Assembly: GCA_963767925.1 (NCBI GenBank)
Contig: CAVYGB010000008.1
Location: 2,624,001-2,688,000, forward strand
Direction of reading: 5' to 3'
Length of the DNA: 64,000 nucleotides
From: an uncultured delta proteobacterium
GTDB lineage: Bacteria; Myxococcota_A; Polyangia; Fen-1088
Shown here piece by piece: positions 41,322 to 50,567 of the stretch. Within the stretch, counting starts at the first letter, position 1. Every line of letters begins with the position of its first letter. The translations under genes and the position numbers were made by a program. The notes beneath the pieces were generated by a model, which worked only from the letters and a program-made list of their open reading frames with translations, was not told the DNA's origin and did no database searches.

Positions 41322-42923
41322 TCAGGCGCGCGGGCCCGCGGCCCGGACCTCGGGTGAGCAGGCTTCGGCGTAGAGGGCGAAGTTCTTCCGGAACAGCTCC
41401 GCCACCTGCCGGGCGCGCGCGTCGTAGGCGTCGGGGTCGGCCCAGGTGGAGCGGGGCTGCAAGACGTCGTCGGGCACCCCCGGGCAGGTGGTGGGGACCT
41501 CGAGGCCGAACACCGGATCGGTGACCGTGGGGATCTTCTCGAGCGCGCCCGAGAGGATGGCGGTCACGACCGCGCGGGAGACGGCGATCTTCATCCTGCT
41601 CCCCACGCCGTAAGGACCTCCGGTCCAACCCGTGTTGACCAGCCAGCACCGGACGTTGTGGCGGGCGAGGCGCTCGCCCAGCAGGGCGGCGTAGCGCATG
41701 GGGTGCAGGGGGAGGAAGGGGCCCCCGAAGCAGGGAGAGAACGTGGCCTTCGGCTCGGTCACTCCCGCCTCGGTGCCGGCCACCTTGGCGGTGTAGCCCG
41801 AGATGTAGTGATACATCGCCTGGGGCGTGCTCAGGCGCGCCACCGGGGGCAACACCCCGAAGGCGTCGGCGGTCAGGAAGATCACGTTGCGCGGGTGAGG
41901 GCCCTGCCCGCCCACCCGGGCCCCGGGGATGTAGAAGATCGGATAGGAGGCGCGGGTGTTCTCGGTGTGGCGAGCGTCGGCGAAGTCGGGGACCCGGGTG
42001 AACGGATCGATCACCACGTTCTCCATCACCGATCCAAAGCGGATCGCGTCCCAGATCTGCGGCTCGCTCTCGCGCCGCAGGTTGATGCACTTGGCGTAGC
42101 AGCCCCCCTCGAGGTTGAACACGCCCTCGTCGCTCCACCCCGTCTCGTCGTCGCCGATCAGGGCGCGCCCCGGGTCGGCCGACAGCGTGGTCTTGCCGGT
42201 GCCCGACAGGCCGAAGAACAGGGCGGCGTTCTGGTCGGCGGCCGCCTCGACGTTGGCCGAGCAGTGCATGGTGACGATCCCCCGCCGGGGCAGGAGGTAG
42301 TTCATCACCGAGAAGATGCTCTTCTTGACCTCACCGGCGTATTCGGTGCCGAGGACGAGCACCAGGCCACGCTCGAAGTCGATGCCGATGAAGGCGTCCG
42401 AGCGAACCCCCGCCGCCGCGCCGCCCGCGGGCAACCCGCCGGCCTGGATCACGGTGAAGGCCGGGCGGTGCTCGGCCAGCTCGGCGGGGGTGGGACGGAG
42501 GAACAGCGTGCGGGCGAACAGACACTGCCAGGCCCGTTCGCTGACCACCCGCACTGGCAGGCGGTGGGCGGGCGAGGCTCCCGCGAAGCCGTCGAACAGG
42601 AAGCTGTCGGTGCGCCGGAGGTGCGAGATCGCCTTACCGAGGAGGGCATTGAAGACCTCGACCGAGATCGGCTTCTGGGCCGGGCCCCACCAGATCTCCT
42701 TCTCGGTGTCCGGCGTCGAGACCACGTATTTGTCCTCGGCGGATCGCCCGGTCCGGGCGCCGGTGCGCACCACCAGCGCGCCGTTGTCCGCCAGAACCCC
42801 CTCTTCCCGCCGGAGGGCGGCCTCGACCAGGGCGGCGGACTGCAGGTTCCGGTGAAGCCTGCGGTCCTCTCCTGCCGCGGTCTTGGCGCCCAGCCACTCC
42901 TCCAATTCGCGCCCGGGACCCAT
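41322..42923 (-). CDS. pckA: Phosphoenolpyruvate carboxykinase (ATP)
   Basis: Motifs YAGEVKK, MHCSAN, GLSGTGKTTLS, IGDDE, EGGCYAK and TENTRA.YP. Confidence 0.96.
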   Translation of the reverse strand: MGPGRELEEWLGAKTAAGEDRRLHRNLQSAALVEAALRREEGVLADNGALVVRTGARTGRSAEDKYVVSTPDTEKEIWWGPAQKPISVEVFNALLGKAISHLRRTDSFLFDGFAGASPAHRLPVRVVSERAWQCLFARTLFLRPTPAELAEHRPAFTVIQAGGLPAGGAAAGVRSDAFIGIDFERGLVLVLGTEYAGEVKKSIFSVMNYLLPRRGIVTMHCSANVEAAADQNAALFFGLSGTGKTTLSADPGRALIGDDETGWSDEGVFNLEGGCYAKCINLRRESEPQIWDAIRFGSVMENVVIDPFTRVPDFADARHTENTRASYPIFYIPGARVGGQGPHPRNVIFLTADAFGVLPPVARLSTPQAMYHYISGYTAKVAGTEAGVTEPKATFSPCFGGPFLPLHPMRYAALLGERLARHNVRCWLVNTGWTGGPYGVGSRMKIAVSRAVVTAILSGALEKIPTVTDPVFGLEVPTTCPGVPDDVLQPRSTWADPDAYDARARQVAELFRKNFALYAEACSPEVRAAGPRA

Positions 42924-43030
42924 CGCGCTAAGTATACGGGAGGGCTCCGCGCGTGCCAGCGGGCCACGGCGCTGCGCAGGCCTGAATACAGGCCCGCTCA
43001 GATAGCGCGGAGACCCGCGCGAGGACGCCG

Positions 43031-44305
43031 CTAGAACGTCAGGCGGGCGGCCATCCCGTTGCTGCCCGGCCCGACGAGGGGAGTCAGGTTCAAGCGCACG
43101 GAGTCGCCCGACCCGCCGAACGCCAGCCCCACGGTGTCGTCGGCCAGGTACCCGAAGTAAAACAGGACGCCGCTGGCGACCGCCAGGATCGAGCCGGCCC
43201 CCAGGGCGATGTACTGATAGCCCTCGAAGCGCTTGCCCTCGTCCTGCAGCTCGCTGACATAGCGGCTCTCGTCCGGCTGGATGGGACGCTGGCGGGTCAT
43301 CCGGTCAGGACCGCAATTCAGGTCCATGTTGTTGTTCCCGCAGGGATAGCGCCGGTACGGATCCAGGTCGCGGTTGATGCCGTTGATATCGAGGGCGAAC
43401 TTGAGGGCCAGGCCAAACCCGGTGAGGCTGGTGACCAGGGTGCTCCAGCTCGCCAGCTTGAGACCGCCCTTGCCGGAGTCGCGCAGGCTGGTCCGCAGGG
43501 TCGGATCGTCGCTCGACAGGCCGTTGCCGCCCAGCGAGGGGTCGCCCACCCCCACCGAGAGGTTGCCCGAGGGGAAAGGCGAGCCGGACGAGGAGGCCAT
43601 CTGGATCGCGACGTCGGTGGTGTTTCCGGCGCTGACCGTGACGTCGCGGCGGACCGGGGCGTAGCCCGGCTTGCTCGCCACGATCTCGCGGCGGCCGGCG
43701 GGGACGTTGCTGTGGATGAGGTCCTCGCTCCCGATCACGCCGATGGGCTGGCCGTCGAGGGCGATGGCGGTCCCGGGGACGTCCCCCCGGACGCGGATGG
43801 TGCCGAGGGCGCTCTGGCCCATCAGGGTGGCGAACCACTTCTGCACCGGGGTCTTGATGGTGGTGGGGGTCAGCAGGGCCGGGCTGATCGGCTCGGCCAC
43901 GTAGTTGTCGATCTGGCGGCGGGCGGCGTCGAGCAGCTTCAAGGTGACGACGTAACCGTCGCCGGCCGAGCGCTTGACGCTCCCGAAGATGAGCTTGGCG
44001 GCCCCCAGCCCCTTGGCGGCGTCGGCCATGCAGGACGGCGCCTCGTCGGGACAGGAGAACATGATCTTGATCGCGAGCAGCTCCCGCCCGGCCACGAGGC
44101 GCGTGCCCCGCTCGACCGAGGCCCGCTGGCGAAGGGCATCCGTCAGCGCAACGGCCACGGACTCGGGCGCGCCCTCGGCGGCCTCGATCCCCAGGATCGC
44201 CATCGTGCTGTCGGCAGCAAGTGCCCGGCCTGCAGCGAGAGTAGCCGCCAGGCTAGCGATTGCCGCAAACAACCCGAACCTCGCGAAAACACGAAAGGCT
44301 TTCAT
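43031..44305 (-). CDS. PEGA-domain protein
   Basis: Signal peptide; PEGA motif GTAIALDG..VPAGRREIVASKPGY; C-terminal beta end RLTF. Confidence 0.8.
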   Translation of the reverse strand: MKAFRVFARFGLFAAIASLAATLAAGRALAADSTMAILGIEAAEGAPESVAVALTDALRQRASVERGTRLVAGRELLAIKIMFSCPDEAPSCMADAAKGLGAAKLIFGSVKRSAGDGYVVTLKLLDAARRQIDNYVAEPISPALLTPTTIKTPVQKWFATLMGQSALGTIRVRGDVPGTAIALDGQPIGVIGSEDLIHSNVPAGRREIVASKPGYAPVRRDVTVSAGNTTDVAIQMASSSGSPFPSGNLSVGVGDPSLGGNGLSSDDPTLRTSLRDSGKGGLKLASWSTLVTSLTGFGLALKFALDINGINRDLDPYRRYPCGNNNMDLNCGPDRMTRQRPIQPDESRYVSELQDEGKRFEGYQYIALGAGSILAVASGVLFYFGYLADDTVGLAFGGSGDSVRLNLTPLVGPGSNGMAARLTF

Positions 44306-44591
44306 AGGCTTTTAACGGGGGAATGTTTCCGCAGCGGTCGGAGCTTGTCAATGTGAGAGCCCCCGCGGCCGGCGCGCCAACGTGCGATTTCGTTACCGCG
44401 CTGTCGCGGAAGGCAGGCCCTATGACGCATCGAGCTCAAGGGTCTCGCGGCCCCCGACTCGGCGCCCCCGGAGGCCGGCGGGGGGGCTCGCCGATGTAAC
44501 CTCGCGTACATCCAGGCGAGGCCGGCCGGGTGCCACGCGCCGCAAGTGCCCGTTGCCAGCGCGTATCTGGTGATACCGTTAGATGGTCACC

Positions 44592-46115
44592 ATGAGGGTG
44601 GGTGTTTCAGCCAAGGTCTTTCTGGCCTACCTGGTGCTGCTCGTCGCGCTGGGAGTCAACAGCGCGTTCTCCATCGCCTCGCTGCGCAGCGCTGGCCAGC
44701 ACGTCGTCGCCCACCTCCACGTGCTCACGGTCGACAGCGAGGTACGGGCCGCCGTCCGCCTCCTCGATGTCCTGGAGGAGCGGTCCAACCCCACCCTGGC
44801 TGGTCCCTACTTTCGGGGTGCGCTCGACCGCCTGGCCGAGGGGAGAAAGGTGCTCGAGGACTTCCTGGCCGAGCAGCCCGGGACCCCCCGCCGCCTCGAG
44901 CTCGAGCGCTACCGGACCGAGCTGGTCCTGCTCGAGGGGGTCACCGGCCGGGTCCACTCGGCCCACATCGCCTCTTATTCGGTCCAGGACCGGAAAAGCG
45001 AACGGCGCCAGCCGCAGGGCCAGCAGCAGCTCCAGACGCTGCGGAACGACCTCGACGTCTTCTCGGACAAGCTCCGCAAAGACAACAAGCGGGTGTTCGA
45101 GGAGCTGAACGAGAACCAGGACCGGGCGGTGCGGGCCGCCATCCTGCTCGGCCTGGCGGGCCTGCTGGGCGCCTTCGGGGCGGCCCTCTCGCTGTGGCGG
45201 ACCTTGCGGCCGCTGCAGGTGCTGCGGCTGCGCGCGCGGCAGCTCGCCGGCGGCGACTACGGCCGCCGGATCGGGCTGCGCACGCGCGACGAGATCGGCG
45301 ATCTGGCCCGCGAGTTCGACAACATGGCCCAGGCCCTCGACGAGCGCGAGCAGCGCCTCATCCGGTCGGAGCGGCTGGCCACGGTGGGCCGCATCGCCGC
45401 CCAGATCACCCACGAGATCCGCAACCCGCTGGCCTCCATCGGCCTCAACGCCGAGCTGATCGCCGACGAGCTGGGCGCCACCCAGCAGGAGGCCCGGCGC
45501 CAGCTCGCCTCCATCACCGCCGAGGTCGACCGCCTCAGCGAGATCACCGAGTCGTACCTGCGGTTCGTCCGGCTGCCCCGCCTCAAGCTCGAGCGCGAGG
45601 AGCTGGCGGCCATCGTGACCGCGGCGATGGAGTTCGCCCGGGCCGAGCTGGCCCAGGCCGGCATCGAGCTGGTCCTGGAGATCGCCGCCGACCTGCCCGA
45701 CATCGCCGCCGACGAGAACCAGCTCCGGCAGGCCCTGCTCAACCTCGTGCGCAACGCCAAGGAGGCCATGCCGGCGGGCGGGCGGGTGCGGGTCGTGCTC
45801 GAAGCGCCGGAGCCGGGGCGGGTCTCGCTGAGCATCGCCGACACCGGCGGGGGCATCGCCCCCGAACACGTGGGCCGGGTGTTCGAGCCGTTCTTCTCGA
45901 CCAAGGCCAAGGGGACCGGGCTGGGGCTAGCCCTCGTCCAGCAGATCCTCAACGAGCACGGTGGCCGGGTGGAGGTGAAGAGCGAGCCCGGCAGCGGGAC
46001 CACCTTCCTCATGAGCTTCCCCTCCCTGCCCGCCCGCTCGGAGGAATCGGCCACCCCGGTCGACGGCGTCGCGGCGGTGGGGGGCCCCGCCCTGGTCCTG
46101 CCCCGCCGCTCCTGA
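44592..46115 (+). CDS. Sensor histidine kinase (2 TM, HAMP, HisKA, HATPase)
   Basis: Motifs DEIGDL, HEIRNPL, NLVRNA, DTGGG and FFSTK..GTGLGL. Confidence 0.93.
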   Translation: MRVGVSAKVFLAYLVLLVALGVNSAFSIASLRSAGQHVVAHLHVLTVDSEVRAAVRLLDVLEERSNPTLAGPYFRGALDRLAEGRKVLEDFLAEQPGTPRRLELERYRTELVLLEGVTGRVHSAHIASYSVQDRKSERRQPQGQQQLQTLRNDLDVFSDKLRKDNKRVFEELNENQDRAVRAAILLGLAGLLGAFGAALSLWRTLRPLQVLRLRARQLAGGDYGRRIGLRTRDEIGDLAREFDNMAQALDEREQRLIRSERLATVGRIAAQITHEIRNPLASIGLNAELIADELGATQQEARRQLASITAEVDRLSEITESYLRFVRLPRLKLEREELAAIVTAAMEFARAELAQAGIELVLEIAADLPDIAADENQLRQALLNLVRNAKEAMPAGGRVRVVLEAPEPGRVSLSIADTGGGIAPEHVGRVFEPFFSTKAKGTGLGLALVQQILNEHGGRVEVKSEPGSGTTFLMSFPSLPARSEESATPVDGVAAVGGPALVLPRRS

Positions 46116-46128
46116 GCCGCTTCCGCGG

Positions 46129-48825
46129 TCAGGGCTTGGCGCCGGTCGCCAGGCGGCGGTGCGAGGCGGCCTTGCGGGGGTCGCCGAGCTTCTCGTAGAG
46201 GTCGCCCAGGGCCCGGTGCAGGGGGCGCGGATCGGCCGGACCGAACAGCAGCGCCTGCTCGAGCGCGCGAGCCGCCGGACCGGGTTTGTCCTGGGCGGCC
46301 AGGGCCCGCCCCAGGGCAGCGTGCAGGTCGGGATCGTCGGGATCGATGAAGAGGGCGGTCCGTCCCAGCTCCGCCGCCTGGTCCACCCGGCCCGCCCGGG
46401 CGTGGCCCAGGACCACCCGCTTGGCCAGGGCCGCCGTCTGCGGCTCCAGCCGGAGCAGCTCGGTCTCGACCGCGAGCCGCTCGTCCTCCTTGCCGAGGAT
46501 CCGGAGCTGCTCGGCCAGCATGGTCTTGCCCTCCACGCTGCCGGGGGCCAGCTCGACCGCCGCCCGGAAGTGGGCCAGCGCCCCCGCGCCGTCGCGCAGC
46601 CGGACGGCGGCCAGCCCCAGGCGGACCTCGATGTCGTACCCCTGCAGGCCCCGGCGCTTCAGCGCCAGCAGCTCGCGCTGGGCCCGTTCGGTCTCGTCGC
46701 TCTCGAGCGCCAGGTCGGCCGCCAGGAAATCGACGAGCGGCTCCTCGCCCGCCCCGGCCCGGGCGCGCGCGCGGGCCAGGGCGGTCTGCGCGCCCGCCTT
46801 GTCCCCGGCGGCCAGGCTGCGCAGCCCCGCCTCCGCCAGCCGGGTCGCGCTGGCGGTCGCCTCCGGCGCCGGCGCCGGCTCGCCGTAGCGGGCGGCGGTC
46901 GCGGGCAAGAACTGCCGGGTCAGGGGGGCCAGGCGCTCGCCGAGGTGCTTGCGCAGGGCCTCGTCGAGCTCGGCCTCGGGCATGCCGGACAGCGACTCCA
47001 GCACGCCGGCGCCGCGTTCTCCCCGGCCGTAGGCCACGAGCGCCTCCCGGAGGTGGTCGAAGCCGAAGCGTTGCTCGAGGAACTCGACCGCCGCCGAGGC
47101 GTGCAGGTAGGCCAGGGCCGCAGCCCGGCTGTCGCGGGCGTCGACGAAGGCGCGCGAGAGGGCGCCGAGCGTCGGCAGCCGGCCCGCGCCGAAGGCGGCT
47201 GCCAGCTCGAGGTCGGCCTGCCGCCGCCACTCGCCCCGCAGGCGGGCGGTCTCCAGCTCGGCCAGCCCCTCGGTCAGCCAGCGGGGCACCCGCGAGCGGG
47301 AGAGCTGCAGCGAGAAGACGTGCGCCAGCTCGTGGGCCAGCACCATCCCCCAGTTGAAGGCGCCGTTTACCGGCGACTGCGAGGTGATCACCCGCCCGAA
47401 GCAGACCCCCGCCACCCCCAGCCGGGGCAGGCCCACCGTGCGCACGGCGTAGTGCTCGGGGGCGGCGTACAGCTCGAACACGATGGGGCCGGTCGGCGTG
47501 AAGCCGTAGCGCAGGACGTAGCGCTCGTAGGTCTCCTCCAGGAAAGGCGCCACCACCGACTCGATCACGGTCCGATGGGAGGCCTCGACCCGGAAGCGGA
47601 AGTGTCGGGTCGTCACCTGCACGTAGCGGGTGGCGATCACCTTCTCGAACAGGTTGAGCAGGTTGTAGGTCCGGACGTCGTAGGGGTCCCGGTCCCAGGC
47701 CCGCCGGAGCAGCGCCAGCCCCTCGTCCTCTTCCCCGAGGCGCAAGAGGGTGTTGCCGAGCGCGCTCAGCAGGCGGGCGTTGGCCCCGTCCCGCTCGACG
47801 CCGTCCGCCGCCACCGCCCGGGCATCTTCGTAGCGCCGCTGGCGGACCAGCGCCTCGGCCGTCCGTCGGAAGAACTCGCCGTCGGCCGGCCTCGTGTCGA
47901 GCCGCCGATCGCGCTCGGCCTCGTAGCCGGGGCGATCCTCGAGCAGCAGGGCCCGGGCGGCGGACAGCCAGGCGGCCTCGGGATCGCGCGGGTTGATCTT
48001 GCGGAGGGCGGCCACCAGGGTGCTGACCGCCGGCCAGTCCTCGGCGTCGAGGGCGATCTCGGCCCGCATGGCCAGGGCCCGCCCGTGGCGGGGGTTGACC
48101 GCCAGGGTCCCCTGCAGCGCCCGCTCGACCGCCTCGGTGTTGCCTTCCTGATCGAGCAGGGCCCGGGCCACCCCCGCCTGGGCGTCGGGGTTGCCGGGAT
48201 CGCGGGCGAGCACGTCCCGGAAGCAGGCCAGGGCGTTGTCGCTGGCATGTTTCTCGAGGAACAGCTCGCCCCACTCCAGGTTGGCCTCCAGCCGCTTGGG
48301 GTCGGTCCGCACCGCGCTCCGGAAGGCGGAGTTGGCGTCCTCCCAGTTGTTGTCCCGCCGGACGATGGTGGCCATCGCCACCAGGTCGGCGGCGTTCTTG
48401 CGATCGACCCGCCCCCGCTCCCAGTCGTCGTAGCTGCGGTTGACCAGGTCCTTTACCGCGCCCCGGTCCCCCAGGCTGTCGACGGTCTTGACCAGCTCGG
48501 CCCGCACGGCCAGGTCCTCGGGCGCCGAGATGGTCAGCAGCTCGAGGCGCTTGCGGGCCTCGCCGTAGAGGCCCAGCTCCCGTTCGGCCCGGGACGCCAG
48601 GATCCCCGCCCGGGTGGGGTTCCCCTTGCGGCGGGCGAGGGCCTCGGCGGCCCGGCGGGCCTTCTCGTACTGGCCGGTGCGCAGGAGCTGCTCGACCGCG
48701 GCCAGGCCGCCGCCGGCCGGGGCCGCCGCCACCGGGGGCGCGGCGGTGAGGACGAGCGTGGTGAGCGCGTACACAGCCACCTGGATCGCGCCAGGGAGCA
48801 GCCGGCCGGACCGCCGCGGGGACAT
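46129..48825 (-). CDS. Secreted TPR protein with central peptidase MA-like (gluzincin) domain
   Basis: HELAH..PRWLTEGLAE flanked by TPR repeats; signal peptide. Confidence 0.8.
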   Translation of the reverse strand: MSPRRSGRLLPGAIQVAVYALTTLVLTAAPPVAAAPAGGGLAAVEQLLRTGQYEKARRAAEALARRKGNPTRAGILASRAERELGLYGEARKRLELLTISAPEDLAVRAELVKTVDSLGDRGAVKDLVNRSYDDWERGRVDRKNAADLVAMATIVRRDNNWEDANSAFRSAVRTDPKRLEANLEWGELFLEKHASDNALACFRDVLARDPGNPDAQAGVARALLDQEGNTEAVERALQGTLAVNPRHGRALAMRAEIALDAEDWPAVSTLVAALRKINPRDPEAAWLSAARALLLEDRPGYEAERDRRLDTRPADGEFFRRTAEALVRQRRYEDARAVAADGVERDGANARLLSALGNTLLRLGEEDEGLALLRRAWDRDPYDVRTYNLLNLFEKVIATRYVQVTTRHFRFRVEASHRTVIESVVAPFLEETYERYVLRYGFTPTGPIVFELYAAPEHYAVRTVGLPRLGVAGVCFGRVITSQSPVNGAFNWGMVLAHELAHVFSLQLSRSRVPRWLTEGLAELETARLRGEWRRQADLELAAAFGAGRLPTLGALSRAFVDARDSRAAALAYLHASAAVEFLEQRFGFDHLREALVAYGRGERGAGVLESLSGMPEAELDEALRKHLGERLAPLTRQFLPATAARYGEPAPAPEATASATRLAEAGLRSLAAGDKAGAQTALARARARAGAGEEPLVDFLAADLALESDETERAQRELLALKRRGLQGYDIEVRLGLAAVRLRDGAGALAHFRAAVELAPGSVEGKTMLAEQLRILGKEDERLAVETELLRLEPQTAALAKRVVLGHARAGRVDQAAELGRTALFIDPDDPDLHAALGRALAAQDKPGPAARALEQALLFGPADPRPLHRALGDLYEKLGDPRKAASHRRLATGAKP

Positions 48826-48934
48826 GGAGCGGAATTGTATCGCCCCCCAACCCGCCAAGCTCGCAGCAACCCCGGCGCCCTCTGGCGCTCTCCGCGTTCG
48901 AGCCGCCGTCCACGCGCCGTGGTACCATGTCGAC

Positions 48935-49444
48935 ATGGGCCAGGAAGCTTCAACCGAGAGCGGGTCGGAGATAAGGCCGGAAGCCTACGACGACTACGAT
49001 GCGTTCTTGAGACAGGCGGTGCGGGAGTACTACTCGCGGGGGTGGAAGAGCCACCGGGGAAACTTCATCGCCCTCGTCATAACCTCGGGGCAGATGGCCT
49101 CGATCGCCGCCGACTCGGTCCGGGACGGCTCGGGCCTGCGCAAGGCTGCCTTCGGCGCGGCCGGGGTGGTGGCCCTGCGCTTCGGGCTGCGCTACTTCCT
49201 GTCAGGCCCCCTTGGCCTGCTGGTCAGCGCGGCGGTGGTCGGCTCGGCGGTCGCCTACCTCATCCGGAACCAGAAGTCGATCACGGCCAAGATGGATCCC
49301 TGCCGCACCCTGATCTCGGAGTCGCGCACCAAGTTCGACGAGATCCAGGGCGGCTACCGGGCCGGTCGCTACGACGCGGCCGGCCGCAACCTCATGGTCG
49401 GCGGCCTCCTCAAGCGCTTCCTCGAGCAGGTCGACGCCCTCTGA
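48935..49444 (+). CDS. Hypothetical membrane protein
   Basis: ATG at 48935; 2 hydrophobic segments; coding-like bias. Confidence 0.65.
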   Translation: MGQEASTESGSEIRPEAYDDYDAFLRQAVREYYSRGWKSHRGNFIALVITSGQMASIAADSVRDGSGLRKAAFGAAGVVALRFGLRYFLSGPLGLLVSAAVVGSAVAYLIRNQKSITAKMDPCRTLISESRTKFDEIQGGYRAGRYDAAGRNLMVGGLLKRFLEQVDAL

Positions 49445-49468
49445 GCCGGCGGGCGGGCCCCGCGCCCG

Positions 49469-50275
49469 TCAGTACAGCATCAGGGACTTGAGCCCGCCGA
49501 TCGAGAAGCGGACCAGCAGGCTGGAGCGCAGCACGGTCTCGATCTTGCCCCGGCCGAATTCTGGGTGGGAGATGATCTCGCCCGCGCGGTAGCGCCCCTT
49601 GGGATCGAACAGCCGGACCTCGGTGGCCTCGGCCAGCTCGACCGACAGGGCCCGCGCCTCGGCGGCCTTCTGATCGGCCCGCTTCTGGGCCTCCCGTTCG
49701 GCCCCGGTCATGGTCCGGCTGGGCGCCTGGGCGGGCTCGGCCGGTCCCTTGCGAGCCGGGGCCGTGCGGTAGCTGTGGCGGGCGTTGCAGGCCTGACAGA
49801 CGACCTGTTTGGGCTCGTCGCCCACCATGGCCACGATGCTGTGCTCGGTGAGGGTCCCGCAGGGGGTGCACCAGGCCTCGACGTCCCCGCCCACCTTGTA
49901 GCGGCCGCTGCCGCCCGCCGACGAGCGCGAGCCGGCTCCCCAGGAGACGCCGGTGATGCGCCTTTCGCCCACCTCCGACGCACCCGCCAGCTGCCGGTCG
50001 GGCGTGCTGGTGCTGAGGCTTCCGACCCGCGGCAGGAGCGAGGCCAGGCGCTTGACGTCCGATAGCCTGCGGCCGAGGCTGCGCTCCACCTTGAGCTTTT
50101 CGCCATCCGGCAGCCGGGCAAACACCTCGCGGTAATGCTGCGCGGCTCGCTCGACCGCGGCGTGGGTGGAGGCGACGAAGTCGCGCTCCTCGACCCGCTC
50201 GGCGGCCGCGTTTACCTGGAGCGCGACGTCCCGGATCTCCTCGGTCAGTTTCTCGACGCTGTAGGGCTCGTCCAT
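49469..50275 (-). CDS. Hypothetical protein: helical N-domain, Zn-ribbon and DUF3553-like C-domain
   Basis: Motifs WCTPC..VCQAC and I.HPEFGRG.I. Confidence 0.7.
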   Translation of the reverse strand: MDEPYSVEKLTEEIRDVALQVNAAAERVEERDFVASTHAAVERAAQHYREVFARLPDGEKLKVERSLGRRLSDVKRLASLLPRVGSLSTSTPDRQLAGASEVGERRITGVSWGAGSRSSAGGSGRYKVGGDVEAWCTPCGTLTEHSIVAMVGDEPKQVVCQACNARHSYRTAPARKGPAEPAQAPSRTMTGAEREAQKRADQKAAEARALSVELAEATEVRLFDPKGRYRAGEIISHPEFGRGKIETVLRSSLLVRFSIGGLKSLMLY

Positions 50276-50567
50276 GTTCGGAGGGCGGGTCGACTCCAAC
50301 TCACCGCGACCCGGCGTGGCACCCGCATCCGCCTCGAATAGCAGAAAACCCACGTGTTTACCAAATCCTCGCGTCAGGTTTCGTCAGCCGACCCACCGCT
50401 GCGCGGTGCGATCGAAAAAAAAGATCGAGGAAGATCGCAAGAAATCCCGAGGAAAACCCCAAGAAAACCCGAAGAACGGCCGGGGCCGGAGCGCGGCGGT
50501 CGGTACGGCTTTCCGAGAGGGGGGTCGGGGTGTATTGTCGTTCCGGATTCTGCGGAAAAAAAATCGC

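Noticed and set aside
45257..49491. Very long alternative-frame ORFs (1223 aa and 1110 aa; similar ones occur throughout the window)
   Set aside because: Off-frame or antisense shadows typical of high-GC DNA; they overlap well-supported genes and show no motifs
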